Assembly (NCBI RefSeq): GCF_018350175.1
Contig: NC_058368.1
Coordinates: 235,664,001 to 235,728,000, forward strand
Reading direction: 5' to 3'
Length of the DNA stretch: 64,000 nucleotides
Origin: Felis catus
Lineage: Eukaryota
A model generated the notes under the pieces. That model ran no database searches. It was not told where the DNA came from and saw nothing but the letters and a program-made list of their open reading frames with translations. A program made the position numbers and the translations under genes. Of the stretch, positions 63,971 through 64,000 are shown one piece after another. Within the stretch, counting starts at the first letter, position 1. Every line of letters starts with the position of its first letter.

Positions 63971-64000
63971 TGAGCCAAACTATGGGAAGAGCCCAAGCAT

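Overview
Mammalian nuclear DNA from a carnivore, almost certainly a felid: it carries many tRNA-derived Can-SINEs, including young cat-type copies, plus carnivore/felid L1 3' ends. The window is mostly non-coding and repeat-rich (about 20 SINEs, L1, L2, L3/CR1, MIR, MaLR/ERV LTRs, hAT and Tigger fossils, microsatellites) and is unusually CpG-retaining. The only protein-coding candidate is a pair of phase-compatible exons at 289-366 and 1510-1697 that could be the 3' end of an unidentified gene. The most notable signals are retrotransposition and repair products: (i) a tRNA-Asp 5' half fused in inverted orientation to a 5'-truncated L1 inside one target-site duplication (TSD), suggesting twin priming in trans on a cellular RNA; (ii) a tailless, 3'-truncated 7SK retrocopy with TSD inside an L1 3'UTR; (iii) a near full-length L1 broken into four re-ordered pieces interleaved with a split SINE; (iv) two local templated duplications (123 bp and 83 bp). 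All repeat and RNA family names come from recalled consensus sequences compared by eye, not from a search. I found no evidence of a new multi-gene system.
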